Positions 20,339 to 27,809 of a DNA stretch of 32,000 bases are shown in pieces; within the stretch, counting starts at the first letter, position 1; each line of letters opens with the position of its first letter. Below the pieces are notes generated by a model, which ran no database searches, was not told the origin of the DNA, and worked only from the letters and a program-made list of their open reading frames with translations. The stretch comes from Demequinaceae bacterium (GTDB lineage Bacteria; Actinomycetota; Actinomycetes; Actinomycetales; Demequinaceae): NCBI GenBank assembly GCA_965250005.1, contig OZ252279.1, forward strand, positions 450,001-482,000, written 5' to 3'. A program made the translations under genes and the position numbers.

Positions 20339-21853
20339 GTGACAGGCGACACGCCCGACGGCGCACGCTCCGAGGACCCCGGTGGCGTAGTCGCCGACAC
20401 CTCGGCCGCGGATCACGAGGTGTCACTCGAGGATCTCAAAGAGGCCGCGCTACGCGTTGGCCTGGAGGACTATGACCTTAGTCCGGAGGATGTCGCCGCA
20501 CTCGGCGGCGCGCCTGCGCCCCAGATGGAGGCGCCCCGGCAGGTGGTCGCGATCGTTGGTCGCCCGAATGTCGGCAAGTCGACACTGGTCAATCGCATTC
20601 TCGGCGAGCGCGCAGCCGTTGTCGAAGATACACCTGGCGTCACGCGCGACCGTGTCTCTTATCCCGCCGAGTGGGCAGGCACGGAGTTCACGTTGATGGA
20701 CACCGGAGGCTGGGAGACCAAGGTCAGGGGACTTGACCTCAGCGTCGCACTGCAGGCCGAGGTCGCCATAGAGATGGCCGACGCGGTCATTTTCGTTGTG
20801 GACTCCACGACGGGAGCCACCGCTACAGATGAGCAGGTTGTCGCCCTGCTCCGCAAATCGAAGACTCCCGCGATACTGTGCGCCAACAAGGTTGACGGGC
20901 CAGCGGGCGAGCCCGACGCCGCAGCGCTTTGGTCACTGGGGCTCGGCGAGCCGTTTGTCGTGAGCGCCCTGCACGGTCGTGGCACCGGCGAACTTCTTGA
21001 CGCCGCGATCGCGCTGCTGCCCGCAGAGTCGGCAGCCGTCGAGGTCGATCCGGATGCACCCAGGCGCGTCGCGCTGGTGGGGCGACCGAATGTCGGCAAG
21101 TCGTCGCTCTTGAATCAGCTCGCCGGCGAGAACCGCGTGGTCGTTGATCCGACCGCTGGCACCACGCGCGATCCAGTCGACGAGGTAGTTGAGCTCGACG
21201 GCCGGGCCTGGATGTTTGTCGACACCGCTGGCATCCGCCGTCGGGTGCATATGGCCAAGGGCGCCGACTACTACGCGAGTATCAGGACGCAGGCTGCCAT
21301 CGAGCGCACCGAGGTGGCGGTTGTGCTGCTCGACGCCTCCGGTCCGCTGACGGACCAAGACATCAAGGTCCTCAACCAGACCGTAGAGGCAGGGCGCGCG
21401 CTCGTCATCGCGTTCAACAAATGGGACCTCGTTGACGAGGATGTGCGGTTCGAGCTGGACCGATCGATTGACATGGAGCTCGGACAACTGGCGTGGGCGC
21501 CGCGAGTGAATCTGTCGGCCTTGACCGGATGGCATGCGAACCGGCTCGTGCCCGCCCTCGAAATTGCACTCGACTCCTGGGACACTCGTATCCCCACCGG
21601 AAGGCTCAATGCCTTCCTCGGTGAGGTGGTTGCAGAGACGCCGCACCCCGTGCGATCGGGCAAGCAGCCCAAAATCTTGTTTGCGACGCAGGCGGCCGTG
21701 CGCCCGCCGCGTTTCGTAGTCTTCGCCAGTGGGTTCCTCGAGGCGGGTTACCGGCGGTTCATCGAACGCAAGCTTCGAGAGAATTTCGGCTTCGAGGGAA
21801 GCCCTGTCGAAATCGCCGTACGGGTGCGACAGAAGCGTTCACGCAAGAAGTAA
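20339..21853 (+). CDS. der: Ribosome-biogenesis GTPase Der (EngA)
   Basis: Two tandem G domains (GRPNVGKST.. and GRPNVGKSS..) are followed by a KH-like C-terminus. GTG 20339 gives an acidic N-terminal extension of about 65 aa. ATG 20525 is a shorter alternative. Confidence 0.9.
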   Translation: MTGDTPDGARSEDPGGVVADTSAADHEVSLEDLKEAALRVGLEDYDLSPEDVAALGGAPAPQMEAPRQVVAIVGRPNVGKSTLVNRILGERAAVVEDTPGVTRDRVSYPAEWAGTEFTLMDTGGWETKVRGLDLSVALQAEVAIEMADAVIFVVDSTTGATATDEQVVALLRKSKTPAILCANKVDGPAGEPDAAALWSLGLGEPFVVSALHGRGTGELLDAAIALLPAESAAVEVDPDAPRRVALVGRPNVGKSSLLNQLAGENRVVVDPTAGTTRDPVDEVVELDGRAWMFVDTAGIRRRVHMAKGADYYASIRTQAAIERTEVAVVLLDASGPLTDQDIKVLNQTVEAGRALVIAFNKWDLVDEDVRFELDRSIDMELGQLAWAPRVNLSALTGWHANRLVPALEIALDSWDTRIPTGRLNAFLGEVVAETPHPVRSGKQPKILFATQAAVRPPRFVVFASGFLEAGYRRFIERKLRENFGFEGSPVEIAVRVRQKRSRKK

Positions 21854-22031
21854 CTGGCTTCGGAGGTGGTAGTTGATGTCTCCTACATCACCCCCGTCAC
21901 ATGAACCCCTTGCGCAACGGGCGTCGTTACGTTTCCGTAATCAAATCCTGGCGTGTCGCCGGGCACCCTGCTAGCGTCCAAACGTCGGTACAGTCCGACA
22001 CTTTCAATGGAGAAAGGTACTGATCGAGGTT

Positions 22032-22376
22032 ATGAAATTCACTAACAACGCGATCATTCTGTTGGCTGGCGCTGCCCTGGCAGTGATCGGCTCGTTCCTC
22101 GCCTTTGCGGACTATGACGGCTCTGGCGCCGTCTGGGATGGCGACACCGGCAAGGCCGTGGTCATCATCATGATCATCGGCGTCGTGCTCCACGTCATGA
22201 AGCAGCACGTCTGGGCAGCAGTCGCCCTGTGCGCCGCTTCCGGCATCCTGCTCAGCCAGGCGGTAGACGTCATTCGCGCCGACGGCATCGGCCTCGGCAT
22301 CGGCGGCTACCTTGTCGCAGTTGGCAGCCTCGCTGCCATCTGGGGCGCTGCGCAGCACATCAGCAGTAAGAAGTAG
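22032..22376 (+). CDS. Small hydrophobic membrane protein, function unknown
   Basis: The 114-aa ORF has about 4 predicted hydrophobic segments. It has an ATG start after GAGG and is followed by a hairpin repeat. I recognise no family. Confidence 0.55.
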   Translation: MKFTNNAIILLAGAALAVIGSFLAFADYDGSGAVWDGDTGKAVVIIMIIGVVLHVMKQHVWAAVALCAASGILLSQAVDVIRADGIGLGIGGYLVAVGSLAAIWGAAQHISSKK

Positions 22377-22379
22377 AGC

Positions 22380-22421
22380 CTTCTTGCGGTCGGGGCGGTG
22401 GGCAATCGAGCCCGCCGCCCC
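22380..22421 (+). repeat. GC-rich hairpin repeat, copy 1 (probable intrinsic terminator)
   Basis: The sequence is CTTCTTGCGGTCGGGGCGGTGGGC-AATCGA-GCCCGCCGCCCC, forming a 12-bp stem (1 G.U) at 22392-22403 / 22410-22421. It starts 4 nt after the stop of ORF 22032..22376. It shares 34 of 39 nt with copy 2. Confidence 0.6.
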
Positions 22422-22521
22422 GCTTGCTTGTAGGGCCCTTACTTGCTCGATGCGCTCGCGCGTCGCACCCTGACCGCAAACGGTCCGTGACCTTTCCGTT
22501 ATCTTCTGCCATGATGTCGGT

Positions 22522-22998
22522 GTGCCGCCGATAGTCGGCGGCGCAAGCAGTCAATCAAAAGAGACTGTCCATGGCAGGCAAGGAATAAAGGTTCTGGGGT
22601 TCCTTCCCAAGAACTACGCAAACTCGCTTCTCGGAATCCTGATTGTCACCGTCGTAATCGCGCTGATCTGGTCATGGTTGGAGTCGCTGAGTTTCAGCGC
22701 TGATAACGCTTGGGTGCTGCTCATCGAGATGCTCTTGCTCGCGGCGCTAGTCGGCTATGTAGTCGGCATGCACCTCGGCAACGACAAGGCGTCCACGCTG
22801 TGGACTGCAGCCGGATTCGCCGTTGTCGGCACCGTTCTGACCGGAGCGCTGATGGCCGGATCGGCCGCTGACCTCGACGTTGCGCTGCTTGGCAGCTTGG
22901 GGGCCGAGGCATTCGCTCCGTCCGTCTCGATCGGGTACGTTGTGCTCGCGATCGTCGCCGCAGTGTTTGCCACAATTGGCTCGAAGTCGAAAGTCTAG
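22522..22998 (+). CDS. Hydrophobic membrane protein, function unknown
   Basis: The 158-aa ORF has several hydrophobic segments. GTG 22522 is the only canonical start that retains the first TM, but it is buried in a hairpin, so the start is uncertain. Confidence 0.5.
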   Translation: MPPIVGGASSQSKETVHGRQGIKVLGFLPKNYANSLLGILIVTVVIALIWSWLESLSFSADNAWVLLIEMLLLAALVGYVVGMHLGNDKASTLWTAAGFAVVGTVLTGALMAGSAADLDVALLGSLGAEAFAPSVSIGYVVLAIVAAVFATIGSKSKV

Positions 22999-23438
22999 TT
23001 CAGATCTTCTTGTGGTCGGGGCGGCGGGCAAATGTGCCCGCCGCGCTGGTGCCCAATACCGATTAGGTCCCGCAGGACCTCCTCATCCAGGTCCTCCAAC
23101 TTCTTCGCATAGACGCAGCCAGCCCCAGTTGTGTGTGGCCCAAGTTCCGCGAGCCGCAGTTGCTGCTCGGGCAGGTCCTTAAGGCCGTAGAACGTCAGCT
23201 GCGCCTTGCGTGGCGAAAACCCTACCTTGGGCCAGTCACCCTCGCGCCCGGTCTTGTACGTGTAGCGCATGGTCCCGAAGCCAACGATGCTCGGGCCCCA
23301 CATGACAGGGTTATCGCCGGTGACCTCCCGCATGATCTCGAGGAGGCGCTTGCCCTCGTCGCGCCGACGCTCCGACTGAACCGTCTCCAGGAACTCCTCT
23401 ACAGTCACATTGGTCGGCTGAGTCCTATTTTCCGTCAT
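22995..23438 (-). CDS. DUF1801 (YdhG-like) domain protein
   Basis: The sequence TVEEFLETV...RRRDEGKRLLEIMREVTG..PVMWGPSIVGFG...YKTGREGDWPKVGFSPRKAQLTFY is the DUF1801 pattern as I recall it. The last ~14 codons lie within hairpin repeat copy 2. Confidence 0.7.
   Translation of the reverse strand: MTENRTQPTNVTVEEFLETVQSERRRDEGKRLLEIMREVTGDNPVMWGPSIVGFGTMRYTYKTGREGDWPKVGFSPRKAQLTFYGLKDLPEQQLRLAELGPHTTGAGCVYAKKLEDLDEEVLRDLIGIGHQRGGHICPPPRPQEDLN
23006..23044. repeat. GC-rich hairpin repeat, copy 2 (possible bidirectional terminator between convergent genes)
   Basis: The sequence is CTTCTTGTGGTCGGGGCGGCGGGC-AAATGT-GCCCGCCGC, forming a perfect 9-bp stem at 23021-23029 / 23036-23044. It lies 8 nt after the stop of ORF 22522..22998 and inside the 3' end of the DUF1801 ORF. 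Confidence 0.6.
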
Positions 23439-23527
23439 GAGAACCTGATTAGAATTGGTGCCGCTGGTTCGCCAGGGTCTTGGCGCCTTGAGCGACTCTC
23501 AGTCCGGTAGTATTGCCGATGCTGTCA

Positions 23528-23601
<74 letters not shown>

Positions 23602-23644
23602 CATTTGAATGTCATGGCACCGGGGATATTCTGGGCCACCGCTT

Positions 23645-24034
23645 CTAGAACACTCCGTTGGAGTGCTTCGCCTCGGTCTCCACGGGCTGGAGCACATCCC
23701 AGTGCTCAACGACTTTGCCGTCGGCGTCGAGCCGAAAGATATCGATCCCCGCATAATCCACATCGCCAGGCCATGACTGGCGGCAATGAAGAACGACGAA
23801 GTCGCCTTCGGCTACCGCACGCACAAACTCGACGTGCTTGCCTGGGTACTCGACGGCCATCCGGTCGAAGTACTCGACGAACGCGTCCTTGCCGTCGCCC
23901 ACCAGAGGATTGTGTTGAATGTATTCGTCTCCGACGTACGTGGCGACAGCCTCGGGAGCGCGGTTCTGATTGAACATCATGTCGCAAAACGCCGTAGCAT
24001 TCTGCTTGTTGCGCTCGAGCGCTGAGGTGCTCAT
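23645..24034 (-). CDS. SnoaL-like / NTF2-family protein (COG4922-type)
   Basis: The pattern [28 protein letters not shown]...GK.AF..YF......P...V...R..AEGDFVV.H.......[21 protein letters not shown] fits the family. I chose ATG 24034 because it follows GGAGAG; the ORF track opens at 24100. Confidence 0.7.
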   Translation of the reverse strand: MSTSALERNKQNATAFCDMMFNQNRAPEAVATYVGDEYIQHNPLVGDGKDAFVEYFDRMAVEYPGKHVEFVRAVAEGDFVVLHCRQSWPGDVDYAGIDIFRLDADGKVVEHWDVLQPVETEAKHSNGVF

Positions 24035-24313
24035 CTTGCTCTCCGATCGGAGGTGTGGGCGTAACTGCTTTGCGCTCTGCTCGATTCCGGTGTGTGACAT
24101 CCCGCCAGCGAGCCTCGCACGTTACACGGCCACGACAATATGTGTCCCGATCGCTGGAATATGCCGGGTGTACGCTCGGTTTACTCGGCCAGACAGCAGG
24201 CAAAGCCCCGTCGCACTTTGCTCGGTTAAGAGCCGCCGCATCCGCGATGCGATTAGCACACCAGGGAGTGGAGCCTGAGGCCCAGATAGGACCACCGACA
24301 GAGACGGGCAAGC

Positions 24314-25564
24314 ATGAATCGTCAGAGTGAGAAGCTGGTATTCCCCGGATCGCTGGGGTCTCCATTGGCAGCGCGGCTGGACCTCCCAGAGGCGACACCC
24401 CGCGCGTATGCGTTGTTTGCGCATTGCTTCACCTGTAGCAAGGACGTAGTGGCCGCCTCTCGAATCTCCCGTGCCCTAACCGAATTCGGCATCGCGGTGC
24501 TCCGATTCGACTTCACCGGTCTGGGCCAATCCGGGGGCGACTTCGCCAACACTGACTTCAGCTCCAATGTTGAGGACCTAGTCCAGGCCGCTAGCTTTCT
24601 CCGCAAACGCTATTCGGCGCCGTCGCTTCTGATCGGGCACTCGCTGGGCGGGGCTGCCGTGCTTGCCGTCACCCACCGCATCCCCGAAGTGCGGGCAGTC
24701 GCAACCATTGGGGCTCCGGCCGATCCGGACCATGTCGCCAACCTCCTGGTCGAGAATCGTGCCGAGATCGAGGCACGCGGAGAGGCTGAGGTCCAACTCG
24801 CCGGTCGCACGTTTCGCATCCGCCGGGAGTTCCTCGAAGACATCGCCGCGCAGCCTCAGGCCGAGCGTGTCCGCGACCTGGGCGCAGCGCTGCTCGTCAT
24901 GCACTCACCTGTCGACAACATCGTCGACGTTGACAACGCCCGGCGCATTCACGAAGCGGCCCGGCACCCCAAGTCGTTTGTGGCACTGGACGGAGCCGAC
25001 CATCTTTTGGCGAAACCGGCCGACGCCACCTTCGCTGCAGGCATGCTCGCCGCCTGGTCCAGCCGCTACGCGTTGGACCCGGCCCCGGAGCCGGTCGTTT
25101 CCGTGCGAGAGGCAGATCCGGACGAAGGACTTGTCGTCGTGTCTGAAGATGGCGCGGGCGGCTTCGCCCAGAAGGTCATGGTCGGCCAGCACCGGCTCGT
25201 CGCCGACGAACCCGTCCCCATGGGCACGGACACAGGCCCGACACCGTATGACTTTCTCCTCGCGGGCCTGGGCGCGTGCACATCGATGACGGTGCGGATG
25301 TACGCCGATCGCAAGAAGTGGCCGCTAGAGAATGTCACCGTGACGCTACGACACTCCCGAATCCACGCCGACGATTGTGCAAACTGCGAAACCGAGACCG
25401 GACACGTGGATCGGATCGAACGAGTCCTCCGTTTTGACGGCGACCTGGACGACGACCAGCGGCAGCGGCTGAGCGAGATCGCCGACAAGTGCCCCGTGCA
25501 TCGAACCCTGCACTCGGAAATCATCATCGACACGGTAGTTTCCCCATCCCAAGAGCCTGAATAG
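24314..25564 (+). CDS. Bifunctional alpha/beta hydrolase / OsmC-family protein
   Basis: The N-terminal hydrolase half has FAHCFTCSKD, the nucleophile elbow GHSLGG, HSPVDNIV and GADHLL. The C-terminal OsmC half has the two conserved Cys contexts GLGACTSMT and ADKCPVHRTL. Confidence 0.85.
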   Translation: MNRQSEKLVFPGSLGSPLAARLDLPEATPRAYALFAHCFTCSKDVVAASRISRALTEFGIAVLRFDFTGLGQSGGDFANTDFSSNVEDLVQAASFLRKRYSAPSLLIGHSLGGAAVLAVTHRIPEVRAVATIGAPADPDHVANLLVENRAEIEARGEAEVQLAGRTFRIRREFLEDIAAQPQAERVRDLGAALLVMHSPVDNIVDVDNARRIHEAARHPKSFVALDGADHLLAKPADATFAAGMLAAWSSRYALDPAPEPVVSVREADPDEGLVVVSEDGAGGFAQKVMVGQHRLVADEPVPMGTDTGPTPYDFLLAGLGACTSMTVRMYADRKKWPLENVTVTLRHSRIHADDCANCETETGHVDRIERVLRFDGDLDDDQRQRLSEIADKCPVHRTLHSEIIIDTVVSPSQEPE

Positions 25565-25594
25565 ACGGCGGCCAGATCGCCGACCGCGATCGGC

Positions 25595-26224
25595 TCAGGT
25601 GAGTTGCATGGTCGTGATGCAGGTCGCGTCGTCTTCGCCTCTCGTGGACAGTTCGGTCGTGGCCGAACGACCGTCCAACTCGATCACGACGCTGGCACCG
25701 ATGCCGCGCGGCAGCCACAATCCGACGAAACCGTTGTCGAAGGTCTTGCGCGACTCTTCAATCAGGATCTCTCCCGATTGAAGATCGGTGACTAGTACGT
25801 GCATATCGGAATTCTGGATTTCTCCAGTGCACGTGGTGAGGCTGTGGAAGTAGCAATCGTGTGTTTGGTTCACGTAGGGCGCGATCGACACGTAGAACTG
25901 ATCGTCCGGCATCGCTAGCGTTGTCTCACGTTCCGCGGTATCCGTAATCACGAGTTGATTCGGGCGGATCGACACCTTGAGATCAGCAGGCCGCTCGGAA
26001 ACGGCCAAAGCATCGAGGTTGTCGATGATCTCGTGGGCGTCCAGCCCGACAAGTCCGTGATCCGTCATCATGGCATCGTGGACCGACGGGGGAGAGTCCT
26101 CGACCGTGGGCTCGACGGTCGTATCGGGCGCGGCGCAGGCAGCCAATGCGAGCGCGGTCGCTGTAGCAATGGTGAGTATCGCAATCGGTCGGCGAGCCCG
26201 CAGGGAAGTGCTGTGGTGTGTCAT
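25595..26224 (-). CDS. cueP: CueP-family metal-binding lipoprotein (putative)
   Basis: From ATG 26224 (after GGAG) there is a signal peptide with the lipobox LALAAC. The segment YVSIAPYVNQTHDCYFHSLTTCTGE...FDNGFVGLWLPRG...DDATCITTMQL resembles the Cys-containing CueP core as I recall it. Local G+C is lower than in the neighbouring genes. Confidence 0.6.
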   Translation of the reverse strand: MTHHSTSLRARRPIAILTIATATALALAACAAPDTTVEPTVEDSPPSVHDAMMTDHGLVGLDAHEIIDNLDALAVSERPADLKVSIRPNQLVITDTAERETTLAMPDDQFYVSIAPYVNQTHDCYFHSLTTCTGEIQNSDMHVLVTDLQSGEILIEESRKTFDNGFVGLWLPRGIGASVVIELDGRSATTELSTRGEDDATCITTMQLT

Positions 26225-26421
26225 AAGAACTCCACGTATGTATTTGTATCTTTGGGCGCGAGTGTAGGTCACGCAAGGACCCAAAGCCTGGTACTTAGGT
26301 CCGGGAAAACCTGTTCCGATGTCCCCGCCTATGCACATCAGACGCGAGTGTCGCCTGAACTGTTCCCGGTAGAATTCTCAAGAACGCGGGCGAGTGCCGC
26401 GCGCAACCAAGAGAGGCTGTG

Positions 26422-27018
26422 ATGGCGAAGCTGTACTTCCGCTACGGTGCGATGAATTCCTCGAAGTCCGCCCTGCTTCTCACCGCCGCGTACAACTACC
26501 AGGAACGAGATCAACACCCGGTGCTGGTCAAGCCCGGCACGGACACCAAGGCCGGCCGCGCGGTTGCCTCACGCATCGGCATCGAGAGGCCCGTGGACAT
26601 CCTGCTTGGTCGCGATGACTCGTTTCTCGCTGCTCTCCAGGCATTTGGGCCTCTCGAAGAGATGGACGCCGTCTTCGTTGATGAGGCGCAGTTCCTGACA
26701 CCCGCCCAGGTGGACGAGTCGTTCATCGTTGCCGTCACCCACGGCGTGCCCGTGCTGTGCTACGGACTGCGGGGCGACTTCATGACTCGGTCGTTCCCCG
26801 GTTCGCTGCGCCTCATGGAGATCGCCCATTCGATCGAGGAGCTCAAGACCATTTGCCGATGCGGGTCCAAGGCGATTTTCAACGCCAGGCTCGTCAACGG
26901 GGTGTTTGTCAGCCAGGGCGACCAGGTCGCCATCGATGGCCAGCAGGCGACGTACGAGTCGCTGTGCGGCCGCTGCTACCTGGACAAGGTCGGGCCGCTC
27001 ACTGCCGTAGATGGCTAA
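26422..27018 (+). CDS. tdk: Thymidine kinase
   Basis: Motifs YGAMNSSKS (P-loop variant), VDEAQFL, and the Zn-binding pairs CRCG...CGRC are present. The ATG at 26422 follows GAGAGG. Confidence 0.9.
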   Translation: MAKLYFRYGAMNSSKSALLLTAAYNYQERDQHPVLVKPGTDTKAGRAVASRIGIERPVDILLGRDDSFLAALQAFGPLEEMDAVFVDEAQFLTPAQVDESFIVAVTHGVPVLCYGLRGDFMTRSFPGSLRLMEIAHSIEELKTICRCGSKAIFNARLVNGVFVSQGDQVAIDGQQATYESLCGRCYLDKVGPLTAVDG

Positions 27019-27073
27019 ACGGGCGCAGGCGCCCCGCAATCGTCAGAAGAATTCGCAACGGGAAGGGACTGCC

Positions 27074-27730
27074 ATGCCTGTCATCGCCATCGTCGGAGCC
27101 GCTGTCGCGCGGAGGTTTGGTCGCGAGGGTTTCTCTATCGCGCTGATCTCCCGTGATCAGGCGAAACTCAGCGCGCTGGTCGCGGAACTCGACGCGGGCG
27201 GCTTGACCGCACGTGGGTACGCCGGGGACGTCCTAGACCCCGCGGCAATCGAGGACGCTCTGGCACGAGCAGCGGGCGACCTGGGGCCGATCACCTCGCT
27301 CCAGTACAGCCCGCTTCCTTCACGTAACTATCTCCAACCAGCACTCGAAGCCACCCCAGAGCTCGCGCTTGAAGCGCTGCGATTCTCAGTGCTCGGGCTC
27401 ATTCATGCGGTGCAAGCCGTGCTTCCCGCGATGCGCGAATCACGCGACGGCAGCATCATCCTGATCAACGGCGGAACATCGGTGAAGGCGCGCCCTGATT
27501 TCGCAGGGACATCGATCGCGTTCCCAGCGGCAAGCGCTTACGGGGAGATGCTGCACGACGCACTTGAGGACGAAGGCGTCCGCGTCTCCCAACTCGTGAT
27601 CCCCGGAGCCATCCCGAAACTGCAACTCGAGAACGGAATCGACGACGTTGCGGATCGCATCTGGGGGCTTCACGCCTCCCCGGGGCCGTTCCGCTCCATG
27701 CTCATCGGGCTTGAGGAAGGCCGCGAGTAG
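27074..27730 (+). CDS. SDR-like protein, atypical (Gly-rich cofactor motif and YxxxK not evident)
   Basis: The overall layout resembles short-chain dehydrogenases of the '...ARRFGREGF.valisR...L..L..EL......a.....Dv.d' type. The N-terminus reads MPVIAIVGAAVARRFG with no GxxxGxG. I chose ATG 27074 (after GGAAGGGA); ATG 27011 would overlap tdk. Confidence 0.6.
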   Translation: MPVIAIVGAAVARRFGREGFSIALISRDQAKLSALVAELDAGGLTARGYAGDVLDPAAIEDALARAAGDLGPITSLQYSPLPSRNYLQPALEATPELALEALRFSVLGLIHAVQAVLPAMRESRDGSIILINGGTSVKARPDFAGTSIAFPAASAYGEMLHDALEDEGVRVSQLVIPGAIPKLQLENGIDDVADRIWGLHASPGPFRSMLIGLEEGRE

Positions 27731-27809
27731 AACGCACGCAACACAAGAATCCGGCAGCCACATCAAACCTAGGACGTGCGGCAACTTCTGGGCATCGGAA
27801 TAGGCCACA

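Noticed and set aside
21854-22031. C-runs (CACCCCCG, AACCCCTTG) and small hairpins downstream of der, considered as a 6C-type sRNA or a riboswitch leader for the membrane ORF.
   Set aside because: The C-runs are shorter than those of the 6C motif and do not sit in two convincing hairpin loops. I could not fold the region into any riboswitch architecture I know.
23489-23513. A putative sigma-70-type promoter for tRNA-Pro (TTGAGC ... TAGTAT).
   Set aside because: The -10-like TAGTAT (23508-23513) is well placed 14 nt upstream of the tRNA. However, the only -35-like hexamer is 13 nt away, which is too close, so I do not report a promoter feature.
26042-26051. A 10-nt identity (CAGCCCGACA) to the 3' end of tRNA-Pro (23594-23603), considered as a possible attR marking an integrated island.
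   Set aside because: The match is short and GC-rich, so a chance occurrence is plausible. It lies inside the cueP coding sequence, and there is no integrase or other mobility gene between the two copies.
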